Source of the DNA: Macrostomum lignano
Lineage: Eukaryota
DNA: 64,000 nucleotides
Reading direction: 5' to 3'
Assembly: GCA_002269645.1 (NCBI GenBank)
Contig: NIVC01000694.1
Location: forward strand, 310,001-374,000
Part shown: one piece after another, positions 22,157 through 32,661 of the stretch
Layout of the letters: every line of letters begins with the position of its first letter
Numbering within the stretch: position 1 is the first letter of the stretch
The notes under the pieces: generated by a model
The model's database searches: none
Told to the model about the DNA's origin: nothing
Seen by the model: only the letters and a program-made list of their open reading frames with translations
Position numbers and translations under genes: made by a program

Positions 22157-24814
22157 TTCTCGTGGCCGCCGGCGCCGTCTTTTCGTCTTTTCTGTTGCTC
22201 CTTGTCTTCTTTGCTTGCTTCTTCGTTGTTCTCTTCTTTGCTAAGGAAATTCTTTCGGCCGGCCACAGACGACTCTGATTGGCTGGCAGACCGTTGGCCA
22301 ATCAGCCGCGGTGGCGGTTGCGCTGCCGATCCCAGCCCTCTCGCGGCCAGCTGGTGAGACGGCGCTGGCGTCAGCTGCTCGTCCGGCGGGATGCCATAAA
22401 CTTGCCCAGCTCAATGGCGCATTTCAATGCCATCAACTCCAATGGGGCGGGGCGGGCTATGACTGAACAGGCGAGTGGCTGGCAACACTTGCATTGGCGC
22501 TCTGGACTTGCTGACAGTTGGCATTCCCCACCCCCTGCAGCCGGTTAAGAAGTCAGACCGGGGCAGGCTGAGCCAGGAGCAATTCCTCTTGAGAGTGCAG
22601 CAACCTGTGAGAACCAGCGGGCCTCGCTCTATTGCCGCCAGTGCAAACAATTGTTAGTCAATTTCTGGAGGAGCGCGGCAGCGGCGTGCTGGAGTGGGGA
22701 GCTGGGGGGGGGGGGGCCCGATCTGCTCCGATCTTTTTATTGGCGAGACTGCTTGCAGGTCTCCGGCAAGTCCGAGGGCTCAGGCAGCTGAGTCCGCCTT
22801 CTCCCTACGGTGTGGAGGATGGAGGCAAATGGGCGAAACCGGAGAACTGGGAAGCAGTTAGCGACCACCCGGAAGCGCAACTTTCAACTTTCGCGATGCA
22901 GAAGCAGAGCTGGCCGGAGAAAGTGAGTGTTTTCTAAGAAAACTGCAGCCGCCCAGGGCCTCAAGCCGGTGCAGAATTGCGCAAATCGACCGCAGTGCAG
23001 GCGACACGGCAAAGTTGAAAGTAGCGGCTCAGCTGAGTTGCCAAGAGGATCTCCTGAAGCTGTGCGTGGCCTGGGCATGGACTGTTTGAGACTGGCTGAG
23101 GGGCAAAGTGCACCCGCAGCAAACCCTGCTGCCTCTGATTTCGTTTTGCCTTCTCGTGTTTGCCTTCCACTCTTGGCGGCGGCCCTGTTTGACCGGGGCA
23201 GCGGCGGCCAGGCGCGGGCGCTTCTGCAGTCTCCACTTGCTGGTTATTAGCTGTCCGACAAGCTGGGCTCCCAGCCACCGTCTCTCAGCGTCCTGCATCA
23301 CTCCGCCCCAATCCGCCTCACTCAATCTTTGCAAATATTGTCACTCCATCGCACTCATTGTCACTCTACCCGTCTCCCAAGCTTTAATTTTTAACCTCCC
23401 CTTAAGCTCTGAGAGTCGCATAATGCCAGCTAACGAGCCAGCCGGCCCGGAAACTGGTCGATCTGGAAGGCGTCCAGAAGGTTAAAAGTGCAAAACGTTC
23501 TGCAACCAACGTTTGTGAAGAAGATTTCGAGATGTGCAGCTCCCAGCCAAATCCTTGAAATTCCCCAAGGAGTCAGATTGGCCTTGGGTTGGATTTGTGA
23601 ATTTAATCAATACAACAAATAATTTGTGCTCAGCTGCAAACCCCACTGCCCGGGCAAGTCTAGAGAGCAGCGATTTCATATTTTTGCACTCCGCATTTCC
23701 TCAGGTAGCGGGGAAGCGCGCACAGCCCAGCGCCGCTACCTGTGCCGGAGAAATGCCTGAACTGAAATCCCTTCGCAAGCAGCAGTCCACCCAGCAGCAG
23801 AAGACTTAAAAGCTTTTTCTTCTTCTAAAAGCAGATTCAACTCAAAACAGATGACCGCTGCTGCTGCTGCTGCTGCTGCTGCCACTCAACTGGAATCCGC
23901 CGTCAGGAATCCCGCGAATGCCCGAGACAGCTTGAAGTGCAGCAGGAGAGTCGCGTCTCGCCAAGCTATCTGGGAAGAGAAACCGTTCGCCTTATTGGCA
24001 GGTGAATAAAAATAAAATGCAGCTCCGATTGAGCTGACATCTCCGCATCCGCGCGAAGGGAAACCCGGCTGCAGCCAGAGATCCCAATCTGACCTCTTCC
24101 CCCGCCTCTTGGGAAATCAAATTCTTCGGCCATCTATTTTCAATATCTGGCCGGAGATCGGCCGGCCGCGGCGGGCAGACAGTCAAAGTATTTGGCTGAT
24201 CATTCGGGGGGGGGGGTTTGCTCGCTTGTCCGGGACTTGAGCCCTATAAATCAGGCCGCTTTAGCAGCAGGCATCTTCCCCATTAACTTGAATACGCTTG
24301 GGTTCTACTGCCGTGATTATTGCTTTGAAGCATTTGACTCTGGTAGAGCCGGTCGAATAGTGGCAGCTGGTAGGAGCTGAATTGGGTGGGTAATTTACTT
24401 GCAGCACGGATCTTAAGGCACTTCAAATTCATGAGAATCGGCTGGATCCGTTCACCAATACCAGTGCTTGGGCAGGTAAGCAGTGCATGACCGATGACCA
24501 ACTGAAACTGATACTTTTCTCTCTGTCTCAGGCCTGACCGCCCCTAGGGACTCTCAAGCCTCCGCAAGCTCGAGAACACTGTTCCATCAATCCATCACCC
24601 TGGCTGCTCGGGGACAGCGAGACCGCGGCTGAGATCCATGGCTTCATCGAGTGACATCGGTCTGCTGTATGAGCGATGCAGCCACTACTCAACTAGCATT
24701 AACTCAGCGAATCCTTGGTTGCTACAGTTTCCCGGTGGTTCTGAAGTAAAAATGGTGCCTGTACTCAATTCCACTGTGGAAATTCCTAACTACATGTATT
24801 GATATCGCTATAGC

Positions 24815-25092
24815 CAGCACAGTCCCGACTGACAGCGCAGTCCCGACTGACAGCACAGTCCCGACTGACAGCACAGTCCCGACTGACAGCACAGTCCCGA
24901 CTGACAGCGCAGTCCCGACTGACAGCGCAGTCCCGACTGACAGCGCAGTCCCGACTGACAGCGCAGTCCCGACTGACAGCACAGTCCCGACTGACAGCAC
25001 AGTCCCGACTGACAGCACAGTCCGGACTGACAGCGCAGTCCCGACTGACAGCGCAGTCCCGACTGACAGCACAGTCCCGAGACAGCACAGTC
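24815..25092. repeat. 18-bp minisatellite, about 15 copies
   Basis: Unit cagcacagtcccgactga. Confidence 0.95.
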
Positions 25093-25977
25093 AGGGCTGA
25101 CACAAGTTGTTGTCAGTCGGTTGTCACGCAGATAAATTTTAGCGGTCCTTAGTCGTAGACTAAGCGAATGATGAAGGCCAGGCTACTAACAATAGTATAA
25201 AAATTACCAGAAGGAGAGCATTGGTTGAAATTGCTAAGTCACGAGAGGGCTGGGCTGCCTACTCACTGTCGCAAATATAGAAATCTGCATCACCGAATCA
25301 AGGACTACTAGACTAGACTACTAGACTCTATAACGAAGTGTTCCTAGTTGTCACTGCACCGAATGTGCTCCGACGCCTGACAATCAGCAAGCTATGATGA
25401 ATAAGGTGTGTGACTTTGTGGTTCATAGGCAAGTACTCGTACAAAATAGGCTACAAAAAGCAAACTAGTCTGCTACTGTCTAAGCTTTGGTACTTTTGGT
25501 GTCTTGCTGAAAAGCTGGGATCTACATGTACACGAGTAGACGGCCTCTGTACTGCGCTTTTTCACTTTCGTCATCCGTGCTATGAGTAGTATGAGAGTGG
25601 CTAAAATCCATGCTCAAAAGATGCTGAGAATCGCACTGGAGCTAGTGCAGACGTACAAAGCACGAGCCTCGAATTTTTTTCAAGTAGCAAAGGCGAGGTG
25701 GCTGCCTATTACGTGCATAATAGTGGCAAGATTGTACACCAAGTGTCTCTTTATATATAGACTAACTCAAAGATGTAGACAGCCGTCCTCACCCTCCATA
25801 ATCTGAATCAGAATTTCTTAGAGCAAGGTAAGATTTTATCCATTTTAAGATAATTTTTAATTGAAACAATTTGAGCTGTACTAAAAAGTTGCGCCTTCTA
25901 CTAAAAACCTCCCCATTTTTCCAGACGGATTTAAATTGCTATCACTGATGAAGCCGGCAAACGTATAAAGAGTAACA

Positions 25978-27234
25978 ATGGGAAATACAGACAGCCTGCC
26001 GGTAATCTCCCAAACAAAAAGTGTGGTCCAGCTGATTGCTGGCGACACCGAAGGTGCCAAGCAAACACAAAAAAACTTTGTCAAGGGTTGCCCTGTTGTA
26101 TCGCAGGTTGTGGCAACTGTCGCTCTTGCTAGCGGTAATTCTGAATTTGCTAAAGAGTCCCAACTCTACTTTATTCAGGGAGTTTCCGACTTTGCCGATG
26201 CAGTTCCAGTTCTCGGCCACGTGAAAGGTGCCGGCCATTACGCATTCGGTGACAGAGAGGGCGGTGACAAAGCCATGAAGGCGGCCTCGCGTTCAGTGGG
26301 CGTTCTCGGAGGTGGGATTGCTGGCTGTGCTGCCTGTGGTCCCGCGGGAGCCGTTGCCGGAGGAGTTGCTGGGGGAGCAGCAATGGATGGGATCATATCT
26401 GCAGTTGATTCGGCTCTTCATAACGAAAAGCGGCTGTACGGACACTTTCGTGCGGTAGACCAACTCCGCAACAGTAAAATGTCAGCTGGAGAAGGCTTCG
26501 ACTGGGTGGTGACGTTTGTTTTTGATGGTGTGGCAGGTTACCGCGGTGCAAAGGCCGTAGAGAATTTCACAGCGAAAAGAGCTGCGTACGCACAGATGAA
26601 GAGTGAAATCGTCGAGGCAGTTCGCCAGGGAAAACTCGAACTGGCGGGCGCAGAATCGGTAGATGTCATTGTCCGAGAAATCCAGCATGTCGCTCTACAG
26701 ATGAAGGAAGCTGTAAAATCTGGCCCCGAAGGCCTCAAAGGAACCAAGTGCGCCATGGTAATCGATGTGGAAGGTACCGCATACACCGGCTATTCCTTCC
26801 GCCTTCGGAAGGCACAGCGCCTGGATCCCTTCCAAGGCGAGGAAGCAACCACACAGCGGATGCTGAACGAAAAGTTCCCGAACGGAGCGCCTAAAGTCCG
26901 CGGTTCGGCTGGAGGTGAGCCGAGCTGCGCGGAGCAGCACGCGCTGCATGAATTCCACAAAGCCCGGGGCAACCCGCGTGCTGCTCCCTGCAGAATGATC
27001 ACCATCGAGTATGACGGCCAACAGTTTCGTGCCGTGGCGCGTTGCGGCAACTGCAAGAAAGTTGGGCAACACATCCCGATGGGAGACGTCGTGACTGACG
27101 AGATCAATGGCGCTCCGGTTCCGCTCGATGACGCGACTAAGAAAGCATTCTTCAATGCACTTTTGGTTCAAATTCTGAGCGTCTGCGACTGCGACTGCGA
27201 CTCCGACAACGACGAGGAAGGCAAAGACAAATGA
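25978..27234 (+). CDS. Intronless toxin-like protein: three N-terminal PVxS/GQ/H repeats, a glycine zipper and a C-terminal Zn-deaminase-like (CAE...CxxC) domain, 418 aa
   Basis: Clean ATG-to-stop ORF. Repeats DSLPVISQ, GCPVVSQ and DAVPVLGH. GxxxG tract GVLGGGIAG...GAVAGGVAGG. SCAEQHAL at 26923-26946 and RCGNC at 27040-27054. Confidence 0.8.
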   Translation: MGNTDSLPVISQTKSVVQLIAGDTEGAKQTQKNFVKGCPVVSQVVATVALASGNSEFAKESQLYFIQGVSDFADAVPVLGHVKGAGHYAFGDREGGDKAMKAASRSVGVLGGGIAGCAACGPAGAVAGGVAGGAAMDGIISAVDSALHNEKRLYGHFRAVDQLRNSKMSAGEGFDWVVTFVFDGVAGYRGAKAVENFTAKRAAYAQMKSEIVEAVRQGKLELAGAESVDVIVREIQHVALQMKEAVKSGPEGLKGTKCAMVIDVEGTAYTGYSFRLRKAQRLDPFQGEEATTQRMLNEKFPNGAPKVRGSAGGEPSCAEQHALHEFHKARGNPRAAPCRMITIEYDGQQFRAVARCGNCKKVGQHIPMGDVVTDEINGAPVPLDDATKKAFFNALLVQILSVCDCDCDSDNDEEGKDK

Positions 27235-29270
27235 TTGAGCCGGCTACAACAATGGCTTAATAAAGTGAAAGATTCTGAACTTCTCTGTCGCCAGTGTGGC
27301 CAGCTTAGTTGCAGAAAACAATGCTTATTGTACTTTGATACTTTCTACAAAGCTTAACTTATAGTAGTGTGACTTAGTTAATCCTTAATGTAACTTAGTT
27401 AATATATAGCTTATCCGGTCATTTATTCAGCTTGCCCACGCATACTCGTACGAGTACTAAGGTCTGTTCGGGTCAGACTTGGGGTACTCACAACCAGAAA
27501 ATCGAGTATATTAATGTATTCTAAATATTAAAAGTAATATTAAAACCGTTGTAATCAAAGCTAATGTTCGTTTTTGCTTTCATTCTCCTGGCTTTTCTAG
27601 CTATGAGCTTACATATATTTCAGCCAAATCTTTTAAATTTTGCGGTAGCTCTGTAGCTAACTCAGATTTGCTCATTTGTCTGCTTTATTTTTTTCAAAGT
27701 TTATGATCTCAGCTGTAATTTAGTTCATTTCTAGTCACGTGTGTCAGTCTTGTCTGTATAAAATGCCTACAACTTTACACTCACTTACGAAAGCCACTAC
27801 ATCTGGCATGCAACCCTGGCATCACACGACGGCGTCTCTGATAAGACAGATCTGGAGAGCCGCTGAGTGCAACTATCGGGTAGGTAAGTGAAAATGGAAG
27901 CAAACTACGGCTCGTACACAAAACAGGCGCAATGACAGAATTCTGAGGTTCTATTGTACGAATGTGTGGTTTCTAAATGTAAATTAAAAAGAGAACTTCG
28001 CTTTCACATTGTACGCTTGTCGCTCGTACTTAACAAACTAATTAGAAGCACACCCAGAGGCTCTGAGAATGAACTTTCTCGGTGGATTGTGCCAGCTCGT
28101 AGCTACTAAAAATATTCCTGCAGCCGTACCGCACACAACTAAACCTGAATGGGCAGGTAACAGTCAGGTATCAGCGTGTGGTTAAGTTTTTAATTCATTT
28201 AGCGTAGCAAAGGTGTGAAGCAGGTCACTCTTGTACGTAACTAATCCAGAGAGAGAGAGATCTACGATGACTTGAAATGAAATCAGTGATGCGTTGATTA
28301 TAACGAAGTACAAATGGAAGGTTAAGAATTGATTGAATTTTCTTACCCATAATGACCGTTCATTAATCAGAGGTCATTACCGTGAAGTGACATTGCGATC
28401 AATGTTATTTGCACTTAATAGCAAAATCTGCAGTCCTTCTCTGGAAAACTTCAAGATTATAAAAATGAAAACTTCAGGATTGACAGCTCTGCACGCTCAA
28501 TAGTACAGGATTGCTTATGGCAAAACATCATTTGCGCGCAGAGTAAAACGATCAGAATGTGATTCAAAAACGCAAACTCGGCCGTTTGCGATTCTTTCTC
28601 ATTGAGCTTCCATCAATCGTTGCAATTATTGATTTGCTTCGTACGGTTTTACGACCTTATTCGAGTGAAGATTATTTAGTGACAATAAAATACAGTGGGC
28701 TGCACCCACCAATGCAGCACGTATATTCGCTTAATTCTGTGGCAGCAAGCGAGATTCCTGCTGCTGCAGTTTGAACGATTTTCCTCCTCATCCCTCGCTA
28801 TTAATTTCTATCGAGGACTGAGGACGCTGCGTTTCTATCTGAAGGCAAACTATGGATCGCATTTTGACTAAGCCTTTGAAAATCTGGGCTTCGTTAAGAC
28901 TAATATGATGCGTCTTATCATATTATCATAAGGTGAATTTAGATCTAAAATGTGTATTTAAAGAGATATTACTTAAAATCGTAGAGGTGGCTGACGGAAT
29001 TTTGTCTGAATAGAATAATCAATCAAGTGTTTAAGTAGTGTACCAATGGAGCGTTAAATCGATTTCGTCAATTATTGTTCAATAGTTGTGATGCGTTAAA
29101 ATCAGAAGCATTATTGTTTTTTTCCATAAGATAGCTCCTAAAAACTAGCGAAATATCATAAAAACACTAGCAATATATTAGATCGTCATTGAGCTGGGTT
29201 AAGCAGCTAAAATTGTTTTTGTCTTTAGTTAAACATTCAACAGGCAGGTCTGCTGCGGGCTTCAATCTGG

Positions 29271-30232
29271 TCAGTAGTATGAAAATATCGGGTGCTGCAG
29301 CAGTTCCCGCACCGGAGGACGCCTTCCTTGGTCCAAGGCTGTGCAGCTGCTGTAGAAATCTGACAGCTGCGCGGAACACTTGACAGGCAGTCTGCTGGGA
29401 GCTCCGCTACCAGTGACAGTGTCAATGATTTCCGTCGTGGATTTAGTGTAAAATGGCACGGCACCGCTGATCATCTGGTAGACTGTGATGCCGAGGGCCC
29501 ACACATCGGACTTTACGCTGAAGCGCCGAGTAGTGAACACTTCGGGGGCCATAAACGGTAGAGTGCCGCAGGCGTTGGTGCAGGTCATGAGTATATCAGT
29601 AGCCTGCATTCCCCTTTTCATTTCCATGTTTAGTTTGATGGAGAGGCCGAAGTCAATGATCTTCACAATGCCTTCCCGAGTCACCATGATGTTCTGGCCC
29701 TTGAGATCGCGATGCAGCACCGGGGGGTTCCGGGTGTGCAAGTACCTTGCAGATCTGAATTTAGGAATAATAAAGTTGCTTCATTAAAAATCAGCATAGC
29801 TTATATATGCTTCCAAAACGTGTCGATAAAACAAGACTGGTATGGTTAGTTAATTATCAGGCTACTGTACCAGACTGAGAAAATTATTTCACCATTCCAA
29901 ATACTCACTTGATGCAAGAAGCCAACAGCCCTTTGTTCTGCGAGTTGTCCTAGCTCTGACAGGTCGCTACCCTCAATCGACTCGGTGAACACAACCAGCT
30001 TGTTGCCCTGATGCTTTGCGGTAACGAAGCGAACGATATTGGGATGGTCCAGCTGCCGAAGAGTTGATACTTCATTCTGGACCTCTCTCTGGCTGTCTGC
30101 ACTCATCGCGCTGGTCTCAATGTACTTGGCAGCCAATATTGAGCCGGTGTCAGTGCGCACTTTCCACACCTCTCCGAAGCCACCACTTCCAAGAATGCTG
30201 ATGTCTGTCCAGCTTTGAAAATTGTCAGACAT
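29271..30232 (-). pseudogene. Ser/Thr protein kinase (STE-like catalytic domain only) with an apparent frame disruption at the exon junction
   Basis: Exon 1 (30232-29909) has GSGGFGEV, AAK and HPNIV. Exon 2 (about 29754-29271) has HRDLKGQN, DFG, GTLPFMAPE and DVWALG. The phase-0 donor (caa|gtgagt) joined to the attcag| acceptor is out of frame with YLHT. Confidence 0.65.
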
Positions 30233-30333
30233 ATTATTAAGTTTTTCGTTGGGATTGAAACCTGACAACAGTAAACAAGAAAATGAAGAGCCTGAGTGCA
30301 CGCGGAATTCCGGCAGTTTTTCATTGTTATCTC

Positions 30334-30340
30334 TTTTATA
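30334..30340 (-). promoter_or_regulatory. TATA box upstream of the kinase
   Basis: TATAAAA on the minus strand, about 100 bp upstream of ATG 30232. Confidence 0.4.
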
Positions 30341-31069
30341 CTGTGGGAAAGAACCTGTACTGAAAGCGAACTGAGCTTGTACAGCTACATGTGAATTGTA
30401 CAGTCTCTAGCAGTGCATCAAGTCTATTTAGTTGAAAGAAAAAGAACTACCTGGGTTTCAAAACATGTGTACATTCTCTCTACCCCAAGCAGTCCAGCAA
30501 AATGCCTGTGTCGCTATGGAAAATTTGTTCTCATAAAAGGGAACTTCCTCGGTTAGGTGTACTCAATAATTTCCTGGAAACCGGTCAATTGAGCTGAATG
30601 CATAGACATATTGCTGTACCCTGAAAACACCCAGAACAAAAGGGAACTTCCAACTAGTCGCTTTGAAACCGAAAGTAGGAGTACAAGTCTTCCATGCATA
30701 AAGCATTTTTGCTCGGAATCTAGCTGAGCAGCCACAGCGAAGTTAGCTACAATAAATGACTCCCATGACACACTCGATGCCAGACTGATTCCTAAACAAA
30801 TCCCTAAATGTGGAAAATTACGTTTGCGAGGTAGGATCTGCCAAGATGATGCTGAGGTATTACCAAGAGGACTGGGGAACATCTAGAATTGAAGTACATA
30901 GCGATCGGTACGAGTATATTCTAAGATTCCCCGAAGTTCTAAAAGAGAGTCCCTTAGAAAAAGTGCTCGAAAAAGCTACTCTTACTTATCAAATTTCCCT
31001 AACAATAAAAGGAATCCTAAAATGGGCGCAACTATATGTACTTAAATGCATACTTTACACCCATTTACA

Positions 31070-31320
31070 CCCATCGGAGACTCCAGCTGGCAGGCCACAT
31101 CATCCGCGCCGAGTCGTACTGCCCAGAGCCGGTGCAGGAGGTGCTGCTGCTGACGCTGCAGGCACCCTACCGGCGGGGGCAGGCGCGCACTCGGCGTTTC
31201 GTCGACTGCCTGCTGGCTGACGCCGGCGCCCCGGATTTGGCTGACGGCGTGGCGTTCATTCGCGACCTGGCCTTGAAGCGCGCCCTGTGACGCTAACTGC
31301 GTATTCTGTTGTTGTTGTTT
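31070..31320 (+). mobile_element. 5'-truncated 3' end of an RTE-like LINE with a (TTG)n tail
   Basis: Reads HRRLQLAGHIIRAESYCPEPVQEVLLLTLQAPYRRGQAR...KRAL* followed by tgttgttgttgtt. It shares the QLAGH(V/I)IRAE motif with the fragment at 1-432. Confidence 0.8.
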
Positions 31321-32074
31321 ACTGATATTTTCAGCGAAAATTAGACTCGTTTGAGCTGGAAGATCTGGAAAGGTCTATAGCTAAAGTGCTCAAAATCACC
31401 AGACGTTTTTGCATATTTTAAATTAAAGAGCTGCTCTAACGCCAGCAAATTTGCAGAGCATAACTAATAGGTAGAACATAAACTAAGAACGGTCTCGAAT
31501 AGAGACGAGAAAACTGCGGTATCTTGCGTCAGAACCCGTCTACCATTATTGTCCACAAATGGAGAGCGGACATGCACGTATTGAAGCGTGCTGTGCTGGA
31601 GATGTTCTCAGTGACACTGATTCACTCTAGTGCCCCTGCTCGGCTGGGATGCATTTAGATTCCGGCACAGACACGTAAATCTATGTAAAGCAGGATGATG
31701 CCAGACAGACTCAGTGTAAAGCCGCCGCTGTCATCTCTGTCCAGAACTCTTTTACCGTCAAAAAACTTACAGAAGCCGATCCTGTGCCAAGCTGGTGCGT
31801 GTGGAGAGATGGGTTTGAGGAGAGGACTGCCTGTTCTGCGTGCTCCATTGTTGCCTGTCAGGTACTGAAACAAACTGGATTGACTGGAGAGCTCAGAGGG
31901 ACTCAGTTGGGATCTCTTACCGTGTCCGTTGTGTGCCGTTGATTGTACGTGTACGTTGATAATATATTGCTCATCAACCTGCTATTCGAGCGAGTCTGTC
32001 AGAATTCAACTCTCGGCTTCGTACAGCGAACACCACCTGATACACTGCGGCCCCTCGGTGGCCAAGTGAGGCCT

Positions 32075-32630
32075 CGGAGTGCAGGTAGGGATTCGGACTG
32101 CAGGTAGGGATTCGGACTGCAGGTAGGGATTCGGACTGCAGGTAGGGATTCGGACTGCAGGTAGGGATTCGGACTGCAGGTAGGGATTCGGACTGCAGGT
32201 AGGGATTCGGACTGCAGGTAGGGATTCGGACTGCAGGTAGGGATTCGGACTGCAGGTAGGGATTCGGACTGCAGGTAGGGATTCGGACTGCAGGTAGGGA
32301 TTCGGACTGCAGGTAGGGATTCGGACTGCAGGTAGGGATTCGGACTGCAGGTAGGGATTCGGACTGCAGGTAGGGATTCGGACTGCAGGTAGGGATTCGG
32401 ACTGCAGGTAGGGATTCGGACTGCAGGTAGGGATTCGGACTGCAGGTAGGGCGTCGGACTGCAGGTAGGGATTCGGACTGCAGGTAGGGATTCGGACTGC
32501 AGGTAGGGATTCGGACTGCAGGTAGGGATTCGGACTGCAGGTAGGGCGTCGGACTGCAGGTAGGGATTCGGACTGCAGGTAGGGATTCGGACTGCAGGTA
32601 GGGCATCGGACTGCAGGTAGGGCCTCGGAC
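32075..32630. repeat. 19-bp minisatellite, about 29 copies
   Basis: Unit ggattcggactgcaggtag, which contains CTGCAG|GTAGG. Confidence 0.95.
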
Positions 32631-32661
32631 GGCAGAATGGAACCTCCGCGTCATTCACAGA

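Noticed and set aside
22200-24500. Numerous 60-125 aa ORFs upstream of the channel gene
   Set aside because: They overlap on both strands in GC-rich, promoter-like DNA (CCAAT and GC boxes) and contain no domains.
31974-32658. 219-aa and 226-aa minus-strand repetitive ORFs
   Set aside because: They are artefacts of the 19-bp satellite.
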